A DNA stretch of 64,000 nucleotides, from NCBI GenBank assembly GCA_963799005.1, contig CAWCVK010000001.1, forward strand, positions 512,893 to 576,892, written 5' to 3'. The stretch is from Candidatus Dormiibacterota bacterium. Its GTDB lineage: Bacteria > Chloroflexota > Dormibacteria > Aeolococcales > Aeolococcaceae. Made by a program: the position numbers and the translations under genes. Position 1 is the stretch's first letter; every line of letters starts with the position of its first letter. Below, in pieces: positions 19,081 through 28,588 of the stretch. The notes beneath the pieces were generated by a model. It made no database searches and was not told the origin of the DNA. It saw nothing but the letters and a program-made list of their open reading frames with translations.

Positions 19081-19973
19081 GCCGCGACGTGAAGCACGCC
19101 GAGCGCTCCCGCCGGGTCCTCGATCAACATGGACAGCGTCTTCCGTTGCTCCGGGTTCAACCCCGAGAGCGGTGGCCGGACCGCCTCGGCGACCGCGACA
19201 CCGCGGCGCCGCAGGATGAACTTCAACGCAGCCTGGAACGGAAACGGTTCGATGGCGGATCGCGCGCGCGCGGCCGCGGCGCTCGCCTCCGGTGTGCCTG
19301 AACGGACGGCCTCGATGGTCAGTTCCGGGAGCGCCGCGGCGAGGCCGGAGACCGCTCCCGCCGCGCCTGACGCCATTCCCTGACAGATCAAGCCTTCGGC
19401 GCCGATGAAGACGTCGAGGCCGGAGATGAGATAGGGCTCGACCCGATCGAAGGGAGAGTCCGAGACCTTGAGGCCGGCCAGGTTCGACGCGGTGGACTGG
19501 AGTCGCCGCACAACCTCGATGGGAACCGCGTAGCCGCTCCGCGCCGCGAACTCATAGATGTAGAAGGGGAGTGGCGCGCATGCACGTGCCGCCGCGTCGA
19601 GGTGGCGCCAGATTGCCTCGGCGTCGAGTGCGAAATACGGAGGCGGGATCACCGCAACTCCAGCCGCGCCGTGGCTCGCGGCGTGTTCGGCGAGAACCAT
19701 AGTGTCACGCGTGGTCTGCGCCCCGCAGTGCACCACGACAGCGAGCCGCCGATGTGCCCAGGTGACGAACTCATCCGCCGCCAGCCGGCGCTCGTCGACA
19801 GAGAACATGATCCCCTCGCCGGTGGTGCCCAGCGCGAGGATGCCGTCGAGGCCGGCCCGAGCGTAGAAGTCAACCACGGCGGCGATGCCGTCACGATCGA
19901 CGGAACCGTCTTCGGCGGTGAGCGGGGTGACCGCGGCCGCGAGGGTGCCGTGAACCCGCCTGTGCGCTTCCAT
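19077..19973 (-). CDS. DapA-family lyase (dihydrodipicolinate synthase/N-acetylneuraminate lyase family)
   Basis: 298 aa. The Schiff-base lysine context (LAGLKVSDS) and GTTGE motif typical of the family. Confidence 0.7.
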   Translation of the reverse strand: MEAHRRVHGTLAAAVTPLTAEDGSVDRDGIAAVVDFYARAGLDGILALGTTGEGIMFSVDERRLAADEFVTWAHRRLAVVVHCGAQTTRDTMVLAEHAASHGAAGVAVIPPPYFALDAEAIWRHLDAAARACAPLPFYIYEFAARSGYAVPIEVVRRLQSTASNLAGLKVSDSPFDRVEPYLISGLDVFIGAEGLICQGMASGAAGAVSGLAAALPELTIEAVRSGTPEASAAAARARSAIEPFPFQAALKFILRRRGVAVAEAVRPPLSGLNPEQRKTLSMLIEDPAGALGVLHVAA

Positions 19974-19976
19974 GTC

Positions 19977-22610
19977 TCAGCCGAGTGTAGCCGGGCGCTC
20001 CGACAGCGATTCGATGTCATAGCGGTCGCGTTCGCGGGTTCGGCGCAGCAGCAGGTCCGCAACCAGGCCGGTCCAGCCCGTCTGATGCGACGCGCCGAGG
20101 CCCTGCCCGGTCTCCGCGTGAAAGTACTCGTGGAATGGGATGGCATCCGCGAGCTCGGGGCGGGTGTAGAGCCTGATCCCCGCAACCACCGGGCGCACGC
20201 CGCCGGCCTCGAGAAAGATCGACGCTAGACGCGCAGCGATGTCGTCCGCGACCGTGCCGAGGTGCGCGCGGCGACCCGAGCCACGCGGATACTCGACCGT
20301 CCACTCATCGCCCAGGAAGCGGTGGTACACACGGAGCGCTTCGATGATCAGGTGGTTGACCGGAAACCAGACCGGTCCGCGCCAGTTCGAGTTCCCGCCG
20401 TAGAGCCTCGACGTCGACTCGGCGGGTTCGTAATCGAGCCGTGCAACCGCACCGCCGAGGTCGACGTCGAGTGGATGGGCGGCGTGAAATCGTGAGAGCG
20501 CGCGCAGACCGTGGTCGCTCAGAAACTCGGATTCGTCGAGCACGTACTCGAGGATGCGGCGCAAGCGATCGGCATCGACGATCGCCAGCAGCCGGCTCTC
20601 GCGCTCAGCGTCCTCGTCATCGAGCGACACCGCGGCCGCGTAGCGTGGTTTGAGCTTGATGAACAGGCGCAGGCGGGCCGCGAAATCGGGGAGCCGTCGA
20701 AGGGTCTCGTGACCGAGGGTCGTCGCCGCGCAGAGCGGGATGAGCCCCACGATGGAGCGCGCCCGGATCGGCACGCGCGTGCCGTCGGTGAGATGCCAGC
20801 TGTCGTAGTAGAAGCCCGCACTCTCGTCCCAGAGTCCCTGCTCGTTCATCGCGGTCGCGATCGTCGCGAAATGTTCGAAGAACTTGGTCGCCACGTCCTC
20901 GTAGGTGCGATCGAAGGTCGCGAGGATCAGGGCAATCTCGAGGAGATTGAGCGAGTACATCGCCATCCAGGCGGTACCGTCCGACTGCTCCAGGTGGCCG
21001 CCGGCTGGAAGCACCGCCGAACGGTTGAACGGACCGACGTTGTCGAGGCCGAGGAAGCCCCCCTCGAAGATGTTGTTGCCCTCGGCGTCCTCGCGGTTCA
21101 CCCACCACGTGAAGTTGATGAGCAGCTTGTGAAAGACGCGGGCGAGGAATCGGTAATCGGTGGCGCCGTCGATCTCGAAGACCCGCAGCGCGGCCCACGC
21201 GTGCACCGGCGGGTTGACGTCGTCGAAGGACCACTCGTAGGCCGGCAGCTGGCCGTTGGCGTGCATGTACCACTCGCGGCACAGCAGGATCAGCTGCTCC
21301 TTGGCGAATGCCGCATCGACGTGCGCCAGCGCGACGCACTGAAATCCCAGGTCCCATGCGGCGAACCACGGGTACTCCCACTTGTCGGGCATTGACAGGA
21401 CGTCCGCGGTGTCGAGGTGCCGCCATTCGGCGTTTCGTCCTGCGAGCCGTTCCGCGGGCGGGGCGGGTTCGGCGGGATCGCCGTCGAGCCAGCGCGTCAC
21501 GTTGTAGTGATAGAACTGCTTGCCCCAGAGCATGCCGCTGAGCGCCTGGCGGACGACCAATCGCTCGTCGGCGCTGAGCCGATCCGGCATCATGCCCGCG
21601 TAAAACGCGTCGGCTTCGCCGTGTCGAAGGTCGAGCGCCGCGGCTGCGCCCTCGACAGCGTCGGTTTCCCGGCGGCCGAATCGGAGCCTGACCACTGCGC
21701 TCTCGCCGGCGTCGACGGAGACCACGTAGTGCAGCGCCCCTTTGGTGCCGGCCTGCGCGGGATTGACCGTCGGCGCAGCGTGGATCACATGGTCGTTGAT
21801 GCCGTCCTTGGGAAAGCGGCTCCGTGACATCGATCCCCAGAGGCGGTCGGCGTTGGATTCGTTGTCGCAGACCATCTGTGTGTGGTCGCCGGCGCCGGAG
21901 AGAAACATCCTGCCGATCACCGTGTGGTCGGCGACGAGCCGTCCCTGGTCCACGTGGAGTGACGGCATGGTGTCGTCGATACCCCATGCCCATGTGTTGC
22001 GGAACCACAGCGTCGGGAGGACGTGGAGCGTCTGGGTGCCCGCCCCGGCGTTGCGCGCCCGCAGCTCGATCACGAGGTCGTCCGGCGTTTCCTTCGCGTA
22101 GTCGACGATGATGTCCCAGAAACCGCCGTCGAGCACTCCGGTGTCCGCGAGCTCGTACTCGGGGTCGAGCTGACTTCGACGTTGGTTCTCGGCGAGCAGG
22201 TCTTCGTAGGGAAAGGCCACCTGCGGGTAGAGGTATCGCCAGCGCATCCACGAGTGCGTCGGCGTCGAGTCGACATACCACCAGTACTCCTTGGCGTCCT
22301 CACCGTGGTTGCCCTGTGGCCCGGTCAGTCCGAAGATCCGCTCCTTCAGGATGGGGTCGACGCCATTCCAGAACGCGAACGCGAGACACAGCAGCTGGTG
22401 CTCGTCGCAGATCCCACCGAGACCCTCCTCGCTCCAGCGGAAGGCGCGCGACCGCGCCTGGTCGTGTGAAACGTAGTTCCAGGCGTCGCCGTCCGCGCTG
22501 TAGTCCTCGCGCACCGTCCCCCAGGCGCGCTCGCTGAGATACGGCCCCCAGCGCCGCCAGCCGGCCGGATCGTCGCGAAGCCGCGCGCGCTCGGCATCGC
22601 GGTTGCTCAC
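19977..22610 (-). CDS. Glycoside hydrolase family 63-like (glucosidase/mannosyl- or glucosyl-glycerate hydrolase-type)
   Basis: 877 aa. N-terminal WGPYLSERAWGTVREDYS motif and (alpha/alpha)6-barrel catalytic region typical of bacterial GH63 proteins. Confidence 0.65.
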   Translation of the reverse strand: MSNRDAERARLRDDPAGWRRWGPYLSERAWGTVREDYSADGDAWNYVSHDQARSRAFRWSEEGLGGICDEHQLLCLAFAFWNGVDPILKERIFGLTGPQGNHGEDAKEYWWYVDSTPTHSWMRWRYLYPQVAFPYEDLLAENQRRSQLDPEYELADTGVLDGGFWDIIVDYAKETPDDLVIELRARNAGAGTQTLHVLPTLWFRNTWAWGIDDTMPSLHVDQGRLVADHTVIGRMFLSGAGDHTQMVCDNESNADRLWGSMSRSRFPKDGINDHVIHAAPTVNPAQAGTKGALHYVVSVDAGESAVVRLRFGRRETDAVEGAAAALDLRHGEADAFYAGMMPDRLSADERLVVRQALSGMLWGKQFYHYNVTRWLDGDPAEPAPPAERLAGRNAEWRHLDTADVLSMPDKWEYPWFAAWDLGFQCVALAHVDAAFAKEQLILLCREWYMHANGQLPAYEWSFDDVNPPVHAWAALRVFEIDGATDYRFLARVFHKLLINFTWWVNREDAEGNNIFEGGFLGLDNVGPFNRSAVLPAGGHLEQSDGTAWMAMYSLNLLEIALILATFDRTYEDVATKFFEHFATIATAMNEQGLWDESAGFYYDSWHLTDGTRVPIRARSIVGLIPLCAATTLGHETLRRLPDFAARLRLFIKLKPRYAAAVSLDDEDAERESRLLAIVDADRLRRILEYVLDESEFLSDHGLRALSRFHAAHPLDVDLGGAVARLDYEPAESTSRLYGGNSNWRGPVWFPVNHLIIEALRVYHRFLGDEWTVEYPRGSGRRAHLGTVADDIAARLASIFLEAGGVRPVVAGIRLYTRPELADAIPFHEYFHAETGQGLGASHQTGWTGLVADLLLRRTRERDRYDIESLSERPATLG

Positions 22611-22637
22611 GACCGGCGTGCGGGGATGGTGCTCAGC

Positions 22638-23975
22638 CTAGTCCTGGACGGCCCGGTCGGTGATCGAGAGCGCGCCGTCGATGACCTCGAATCCGTGCGC
22701 CAGCTCCTCCTCGCTGATGCACAGCGGCGGATTGGTGTGGATCGAGTTATTCGACACCATCGTGTAGACGCCGTGCTCGCGAAGGTACCGGCCGACGGCG
22801 GTCATCTCCTCGCTGGTCGCGTTGAACGCGGTCATCGGCGTGTACGGCTCCTGTCTCCTGACCAGGTCGAGTATGCCGAAAAGTCCGAGGTTCCGGTGGG
22901 TGCCGACGCTCGGATGCTTCGCGGCCAACCGCTCGTGGTGGGCGCGCATCACCGAGTCCATGGCGGCAGCACGCTCGATGAGGTGATCCTCCTCGTAGAC
23001 GTTCAGGGTCGCGAGCGAGGCCGCGAGGGACACAGGATGGCTGGAGTAGGTGAGGCCCCCGAAGAACATCGTCGACTCGAACCGCTCAGCGATGTGGCGG
23101 CGCATGGCGACGGCGCCGAGCGGAAGGTACGAGGACGTCAGCCCCTTGGCCATGGTCATCAGGTCGGGGACGGTGTTCCAGTGCTCGACGGCGAACCACC
23201 TGCCGGTGCGCCCGAACCCCGCCATCACCTCATCGGCCACCATCAGGATGCCGTGCCGGTCGCACAGCTCGCGGACGCCCTGGATGTAGCCGTCCGGCGG
23301 AATGAGGATGCCGTTGGTGCCGACGATGGTCTCGAGGAATACCGCCGCAATCGTATGCGGACCCTCGTACATGATCACGTCCTCGAGGCCGCGGAGGCTC
23401 TCCTCAACCGGTCGCGGCTCGCGCTCGCCCCAGCGATGCGTGTCCGGATACCGGACCACGCCGACCAGCCCCGGCTCCGTCGCCCAGCGGCGAGGATCGC
23501 CGGTGAGCGTCATCGCCCCCATGGTTGCTCCGTGATACGCGCGATAGCGAGCGAGGATCTTGTAGCGGCCGGTGAACTGGCGGGCGATCTTGATCGCGTT
23601 CTCGATCGCCTCCGCGCCGCCGAGCGTGAAGAAGACCTTGTCGAGGTCGCCGGGAAGGATGCTGGTGAGCTTCTGACCCAGGCGTGCTCGAATCTCGGTG
23701 ACGAACGCCGGCTGCACGAATTGCAGCCTGGTTGCCTGTTCGATGATGGCGTCGACCACCCGCCGATCCCCGTGCCCGATGTTCACCGACATCAACTGGC
23801 TGTTGAAATCGAGAATGCGCTTGCCTTCCGGCGTGTACAGCCAGACGCCCTCGGCGCGATCGACGGCGATGGGATCGACGGCGCCCTGCACCGACCACGA
23901 GAAGAACGTGTGCTGCCTCGAGAGCCGCGCAATCTCCTCGCTGGTCATCCGGCGTTGCTCGACCTGAACGCTCAT
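22638..23975 (-). CDS. Class III (omega/aminobutyrate-type) pyridoxal-phosphate aminotransferase
   Basis: 445 aa. PLP-lysine motif region DEVMAGFGRTG and TMAKGL. Confidence 0.8.
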   Translation of the reverse strand: MSVQVEQRRMTSEEIARLSRQHTFFSWSVQGAVDPIAVDRAEGVWLYTPEGKRILDFNSQLMSVNIGHGDRRVVDAIIEQATRLQFVQPAFVTEIRARLGQKLTSILPGDLDKVFFTLGGAEAIENAIKIARQFTGRYKILARYRAYHGATMGAMTLTGDPRRWATEPGLVGVVRYPDTHRWGEREPRPVEESLRGLEDVIMYEGPHTIAAVFLETIVGTNGILIPPDGYIQGVRELCDRHGILMVADEVMAGFGRTGRWFAVEHWNTVPDLMTMAKGLTSSYLPLGAVAMRRHIAERFESTMFFGGLTYSSHPVSLAASLATLNVYEEDHLIERAAAMDSVMRAHHERLAAKHPSVGTHRNLGLFGILDLVRRQEPYTPMTAFNATSEEMTAVGRYLREHGVYTMVSNNSIHTNPPLCISEEELAHGFEVIDGALSITDRAVQD

Positions 23976-24094
23976 GGTCTCCTGGACTCCTCTGTCGACA
24001 GATCAACCTGGCACAGTATGACGGTGCCACCAGCTCCGGATTCCGGCATCCAGATCGGTTCCCGGGAGCCGCTGGAGCGGCGCTGGTTGCGAAC

Positions 24095-25066
24095 GTGACC
24101 CTCATCGTCGGGGTCGTCGAGGGTGATACACCGAGCCGCGACCTGCTGGGTTCACGACCGGATGTCCGATACGTCTTCATCGATCCCTCGTTGCCGATGC
24201 CGCCAGAGGCGGTGGAAGCGGATGCATTGCTGATCTGGAACGTCCGGAGCGGCTACCTTCGCGAGAACTGGAGTGGCTTCACCCGCCTGCGCTGGGTGCA
24301 CGCGGGGACCGCCGGCGTCGAACGCGTGCTCTTTCCAGAGCTCGCGGCCAGCGAGGTCGTGCTCACCAACTCGCGGCATGTCTTCGACCAGGCGCTCGCC
24401 GAGTACACGATCGGTCTGATGCTGGCCCTCAGCAAGGACCTGGCGACCACGATCCGGCGCCAACTCGAGCATCGGTGGGCGCAACGCGAGACCGAGACGC
24501 TTGCAGGAAAGAGGCTCGTGATGCTCGGGGTCGGTCCGATCGCACGGCGGACCGCCCAGCTGGCGAAGGCGTTCGGCATGTCGGTGCGCGGCATCGGGCG
24601 AACCGCACGCGCGGGCGACCCCGACTTCGGTGACATCGCCGCGTCCGACTCCCTGCCCGAGTTGTTCGGCGATGCGGACTACGTGGTGATGGTCCTGCCC
24701 AGCACTCCGCAGACCGCGGGCATGGTCGGTCCCGCGGCGCTCGGCGCACTGAAGCCGAGCGCGCGGCTCGTCAACGTCGGGCGTGGGTCGACCCTCGACC
24801 AGGGCGCGCTGCGAACGGCGCTGCTCGAAGGGCGGATCGCCGGGGCTGCACTCGATGTCATGACCCCGGAACCCTTGCCGGATGACTCACCGCTGTGGGA
24901 TGCGCCGAACCTGATCATCTCGCCGCACATGTCCGGCGATTACGCCGGCTGGCAGCAGGTCATCGCCGACCTGTTCACGAGGAATCTCGACCGGTTCCAG
25001 CGCGGGGAGCCACTGCTCAACGTCGTCGACAAGGGACTGGGCTACGCGCCGTCGGAGCAGCCATGA
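24095..25066 (+). CDS. D-isomer-specific 2-hydroxyacid dehydrogenase (glyoxylate/hydroxypyruvate reductase-like)
   Basis: 323 aa. GTG start. NAD-binding GVGPIARR and the catalytic RG..(E)..H arrangement. Confidence 0.8.
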   Translation: MTLIVGVVEGDTPSRDLLGSRPDVRYVFIDPSLPMPPEAVEADALLIWNVRSGYLRENWSGFTRLRWVHAGTAGVERVLFPELAASEVVLTNSRHVFDQALAEYTIGLMLALSKDLATTIRRQLEHRWAQRETETLAGKRLVMLGVGPIARRTAQLAKAFGMSVRGIGRTARAGDPDFGDIAASDSLPELFGDADYVVMVLPSTPQTAGMVGPAALGALKPSARLVNVGRGSTLDQGALRTALLEGRIAGAALDVMTPEPLPDDSPLWDAPNLIISPHMSGDYAGWQQVIADLFTRNLDRFQRGEPLLNVVDKGLGYAPSEQP

Positions 25067-25109
25067 GCCTGGTTGGCCGCTCGCGTGATTTGGGTATGGT
25101 TGCGCCACC

Positions 25110-25535
25110 ATGCAGGACGCTGAATTGACATCGGCCCACGAGTTCGCCTCGGTCGAGGACATCGAGCCCCTGGCGCTGATGGACGGACTGCGTGTCAGGG
25201 CGATCAACGGCGAGCGGATCACGCTCGCCGTCTTCGAGCTCGATCCCGGCATCGCCATGCCGGAGCACCGCCATCCGAACGAGCAGGTCGGGATTGTCGT
25301 GCGAGGAGATCTGACCTTCACGGTCGGCGGCGAGACGCGGTCGCGCAAGGCCGGTGACATGTGGGTCATCCCTCCGGGCGTCCCACACGCGGTCGAGCGC
25401 ACCGGCGCGGCAGGGTGCACCATCGTCGAAACCTTCTCCCCGCCTCGAGACGACTGGGCGGACAAGCCGCGCCAGCGGCCGTCGGCCGAACCCTGGCCGC
25501 ACGCTGGGGAATCCCCCGCGAACCCCCTTTCTTGA
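25110..25535 (+). CDS. Cupin-domain protein
   Basis: 141 aa. Cupin metal-site motifs (PEHRHPNEQVGIVVRG ... PPGVPHA). Confidence 0.65.
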   Translation: MQDAELTSAHEFASVEDIEPLALMDGLRVRAINGERITLAVFELDPGIAMPEHRHPNEQVGIVVRGDLTFTVGGETRSRKAGDMWVIPPGVPHAVERTGAAGCTIVETFSPPRDDWADKPRQRPSAEPWPHAGESPANPLS

Positions 25536-25586
25536 CTCCCCGCTGACTTTCCGACCCCCAGATCACTCCCCCGCGGGGGAATCCCC
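25506..25586. repeat. 15-bp inverted repeat pair GGGGAATCCCCCGCG / CGCGGGGGAATCCCC (14/15 match) flanking the convergent stops of the cupin and 72-aa genes
   Basis: Copies at 25506-25520 and 25572-25586. Each is quasi-palindromic (CGGGGGAATCCCCCG hairpin). They encode GESPA and GDSPA at the C-termini of the two convergent proteins. Confidence 0.4.
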
Positions 25587-25781
25587 CGATGCGAAGTGGA
25601 GGCCGTGCATGTCCTCCAGGAGCCGGTCGGCAAGCCTGAGAAAGCGTCGCGTCCGCCACGCCTGGTCCGTTTCGCCGGTGGTCAGCACCGGAACCGCCGC
25701 CTCTTTGATGACCAAGAGCAGCGCCTCGAGATCACGCATCAAACCGAGAACGCGCGTCCACGCGTCTACTTCTTGGTTCAT
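25563..25781 (-). CDS. Hypothetical small protein (72 aa)
   Basis: ATG preceded by a strong SD (AGGGGAAGGGGacagATG). Predicted all-helical. Convergent with the cupin gene and divergent from mop. Confidence 0.35.
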   Translation of the reverse strand: MNQEVDAWTRVLGLMRDLEALLLVIKEAAVPVLTTGETDQAWRTRRFLRLADRLLEDMHGLHFASGDSPAGE

Positions 25782-25932
25782 CTGTCCCCTTCCCCTTCCG
25801 CCTATGCCAGCCGGCACGCCACGTCATCATCGCACACTTTTCGATGCGTTTGGAGCGTTCGATCCTGATACCGGCAGCCCGGCCTTGCCCGAGGCTAGAG
25901 CGGCCCAGCGTGGTCACCCCCCAGGAGAGGCA

Positions 25933-26142
25933 ATGAAGATCAGTGCGCGCAACAAGCTGCCCGGCCGGGTCGAGCAGATCACCCGTGGCGCCGCGACCGC
26001 CAACGTCGTGGTTTCGGTCGCGGGCCTGAAGATGACGTCCGCCATAACGGTTGATGCCGTCGAGGAGCTCGGCATCAAGGTCGGCAGCGAGGTCATCGTG
26101 ATCGTCAAGGCCTCCGACGTCATGCTGGCCGTCGCCGATTAG
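25933..26142 (+). CDS. mop: Molybdopterin/molybdate-binding Mop (TOBE) domain protein
   Basis: 69 aa (MKISARNKLPGRV..). ATG with a GGAGAGG SD. Single TOBE domain. Confidence 0.75.
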   Translation: MKISARNKLPGRVEQITRGAATANVVVSVAGLKMTSAITVDAVEELGIKVGSEVIVIVKASDVMLAVAD

Positions 26143-26169
26143 CCCCTCAGCCGGGCGACGCGGCCTGAC

Positions 26170-27270
26170 CTAGAGGTTGCCCCGGGCAGCCTGCTCGCGC
26201 TCGATGGACTCGAACAGGGCTTTGAAGTTTCCCTTTCCAAATCCCTTGCAGCCCTTGCGCTGGATGACCTCGAAGAACAGCGTCGGGCGGTCGCCCACGG
26301 GACGCGTGAAGATCTGCAGGAGGTAGCCGTCGTCGTCGCGGTCGATGAGGATGTTGAGCGAGCGCAGCCGGTCGAGGTCCTCGTCGATCCCGGCGGCCCT
26401 TTCCCCGAGCGCATCGTAGTAGGCGCCGGGGGCGGTGAGAAACTCCACGCCGCGGTCGCGCATCTCCTGCACGGTGCCGACGATGTCGTCGGTGTGCACG
26501 GCGATGTGCTGGATCCCGCTCCCGCGGTAATAGTCGAGGTACTCCTGAATCTGCGACTTCTTGAGCCCGACGTATGGCTCGTTGATCGGCATGGTGATCT
26601 GGGTCCGCGGGTCGCGCGCAACCTTCGAGCGCAGCGCGCTGTACTGGGTCGCGATGTCCTGCTCGTCGAATTCCTGGAAGACGGTGAACCCGAACACTTC
26701 GGAGTAGAAGGAGATCCAGTCGTCCATCTTGCCGACGTCGACGTTGCCGACGGTGTGGTCGATGAACCGCAGCCCGACGCCACCCCCGCTGCGATTGTCC
26801 GCGCGGTACCCGGGCCAGAAGATCCCTGAATACTCGTTGCGCTCGACGAATGTATGGATGGTGTCACCGAATGTGGCGATCGAGGCCGAGGTCACGACGC
26901 CGTGCTCGTCCTCCGCGCGTGCCGGCTCGGCGACGCTGCGCGCCCCGCGCGCGGTGGCTGCCTCGAATGCCGCGGTCGCGTCCTCGACCCGAAGCGCGAT
27001 GGTGCGAACGCCTTCGCCGTGAAGCCGCAGGTGCTCGGCGATGTCACCCTCGGGCTGCAGCGGCGCGGTCAGCACGAGGCGCACCTTGCCCTGCTCGAGA
27101 ACGTAGCTGGCCCGATCGCGGATCCCGGTCTCCGGGCCGGCATAGGCGACGACGTCGAACCCGAAGGCCTTGCGGTAGTGATACGCGGCCTGGCGCGCGT
27201 TGCCGACCCACAGCTCGACATGGTCGGTGCCCTCGAGCACGGGCACGGCTACCTCGGCGACCTGAACCAT
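26170..27270 (-). CDS. hppD: 4-hydroxyphenylpyruvate dioxygenase
   Basis: 366 aa. Two VOC domains and the C-terminal HPPD signature [18 protein letters not shown]. Confidence 0.9.
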   Translation of the reverse strand: MVQVAEVAVPVLEGTDHVELWVGNARQAAYHYRKAFGFDVVAYAGPETGIRDRASYVLEQGKVRLVLTAPLQPEGDIAEHLRLHGEGVRTIALRVEDATAAFEAATARGARSVAEPARAEDEHGVVTSASIATFGDTIHTFVERNEYSGIFWPGYRADNRSGGGVGLRFIDHTVGNVDVGKMDDWISFYSEVFGFTVFQEFDEQDIATQYSALRSKVARDPRTQITMPINEPYVGLKKSQIQEYLDYYRGSGIQHIAVHTDDIVGTVQEMRDRGVEFLTAPGAYYDALGERAAGIDEDLDRLRSLNILIDRDDDGYLLQIFTRPVGDRPTLFFEVIQRKGCKGFGKGNFKALFESIEREQAARGNL

Positions 27271-27289
27271 GTGGTTCTATTGTAGGAGC

Positions 27290-28301
27290 ATGAGATCGAG
27301 CAGCCAGAACCGCCCTGGCGCCGTGGAAAACCCTTCGCCAGGCGGATCGGCGCCCACCGCCCTTGAGGATCCCCGCGAGGACGAATTCCAGGCGCTCATC
27401 GACGCGGATCAGCGGATCGAACCGCGCGACTGGATGCCCGAAGGCTATCGGAAGACGCTGATACGCCAGATCGCCCAGCACGCCCACTCGGAGATCATCG
27501 GCATGCAGCCCGAGGGCAACTGGATCACCCGTGCCCCGTCGCTGCGGCGCAAGGCGATCCTCATGGCCAAGGTGCAGGACGAGGCGGGTCACGGCCTGTA
27601 CCTGTACTGCGCGGCGGAGACGCTCGGCGTCGATCGTGCGGAGCTCATCGATCTCCTGCATCAGGGCCGCCAGAAGTACTCGAGCATCTTCAACTACCCG
27701 ACGCTGACCTTTGCCGACGTCGGAGCGATCGGCTGGCTCGTCGACGGCGCCGCGATCACCAACCAGATCCCGCTGTGTCGTTGCTCATTCGGCCCGTACG
27801 CACGAGCGATGGTGCGAGTCTGCAAGGAGGAATCGTTCCACCAGCGCCAGGGGTTCGAGTTGCTCTACGCCCTTTCGCACGGCACTCCTGAGCAGCACGA
27901 GATGGCCCAGGATGCGGTCAACCGATGGTGGTGGCCGTCGGTCGAGATGCTCGGTCCCCCCGACACGGAGTTCGACGCACAGCGCGCAATCGATGGCTTG
28001 GGGTATCAAGCGATTCTCGAACGACGACCTGCGCCAGCGCTTCGTCGACATGGTCGCGCCCCAGGCCGTGGTTCTCGGTCTCACCCCTCCGGATCCGGAC
28101 CTTCGCTGGAACGAGGAACGCGGGCACTACGACTTCGGCACGCCGGACTTCGAGGAGTTGCGACGCGTCGTCAGCGGCGACGGACCGTGCAACCGGCAGC
28201 GAGCGGCGCATCATCTGAAAGCGCACGAGGATGGCGCGTGGGTGCGGGCCGCGGCGGCCGCCTACGCGGCCAAGCACGCACCCACCAGCGCCGCGGCATG
28301 A
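27290..28301 (+). pseudogene. paaA: 1,2-phenylacetyl-CoA epoxidase subunit A (PaaA), with a 1-nt frameshift near 27965-27980
   Basis: ATG with an AGGAG SD. Collinear with E. coli PaaA in frame 2 through [16 protein letters not shown]. The remainder ([24 protein letters not shown]...[10 protein letters not shown]) lies in frame 0 (ORF 27711..28301). Confidence 0.85.
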
Positions 28302-28588
28302 GCGAGGAAACATCTGCGCCGCTCTGGGAGGTGTTCATCCGCAGCAGGCGTGGGCTCTCGCACAACCACGTGGGCAGCCTGCACGCCCCGGATGCGGAGA
28401 TGGCGCTGCGCAACGCACGCGACGTCTACACGCGGCGCATGGAGGGTGTGAGCATCTGGGTCGTCCCCTCCGCGGTGATCACCGCCTCGTCTCCGGACGA
28501 GAAGGACTCGTTCTTCGACCCCGCATCCGACAAACCATACCGGCACCCAACCTTCTACTCGATCCCGAAGGAAGTGCAGCAGCTGTGA
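28298..28588 (+). CDS. paaB: 1,2-phenylacetyl-CoA epoxidase subunit B (PaaB)
   Basis: 96 aa. ATGA overlap with paaA. Conserved WEVF(I/V)RS..GL.H.H.GSLHA and [14 protein letters not shown]. Confidence 0.85.
   Translation: MSEETSAPLWEVFIRSRRGLSHNHVGSLHAPDAEMALRNARDVYTRRMEGVSIWVVPSAVITASSPDEKDSFFDPASDKPYRHPTFYSIPKEVQQL

Noticed and set aside
25596-25868. 90-aa plus-strand ORF overlapping the 72-aa minus gene
   Set aside because: Low-complexity sequence and no ribosome-binding site, whereas the minus-strand gene has a strong SD.
25840-25870. GTTCGATCC, a tRNA T-loop-like motif, in the mop leader
   Set aside because: No acceptor stem, anticodon arm or CCA-compatible end could be built around it, so it is not a tRNA.
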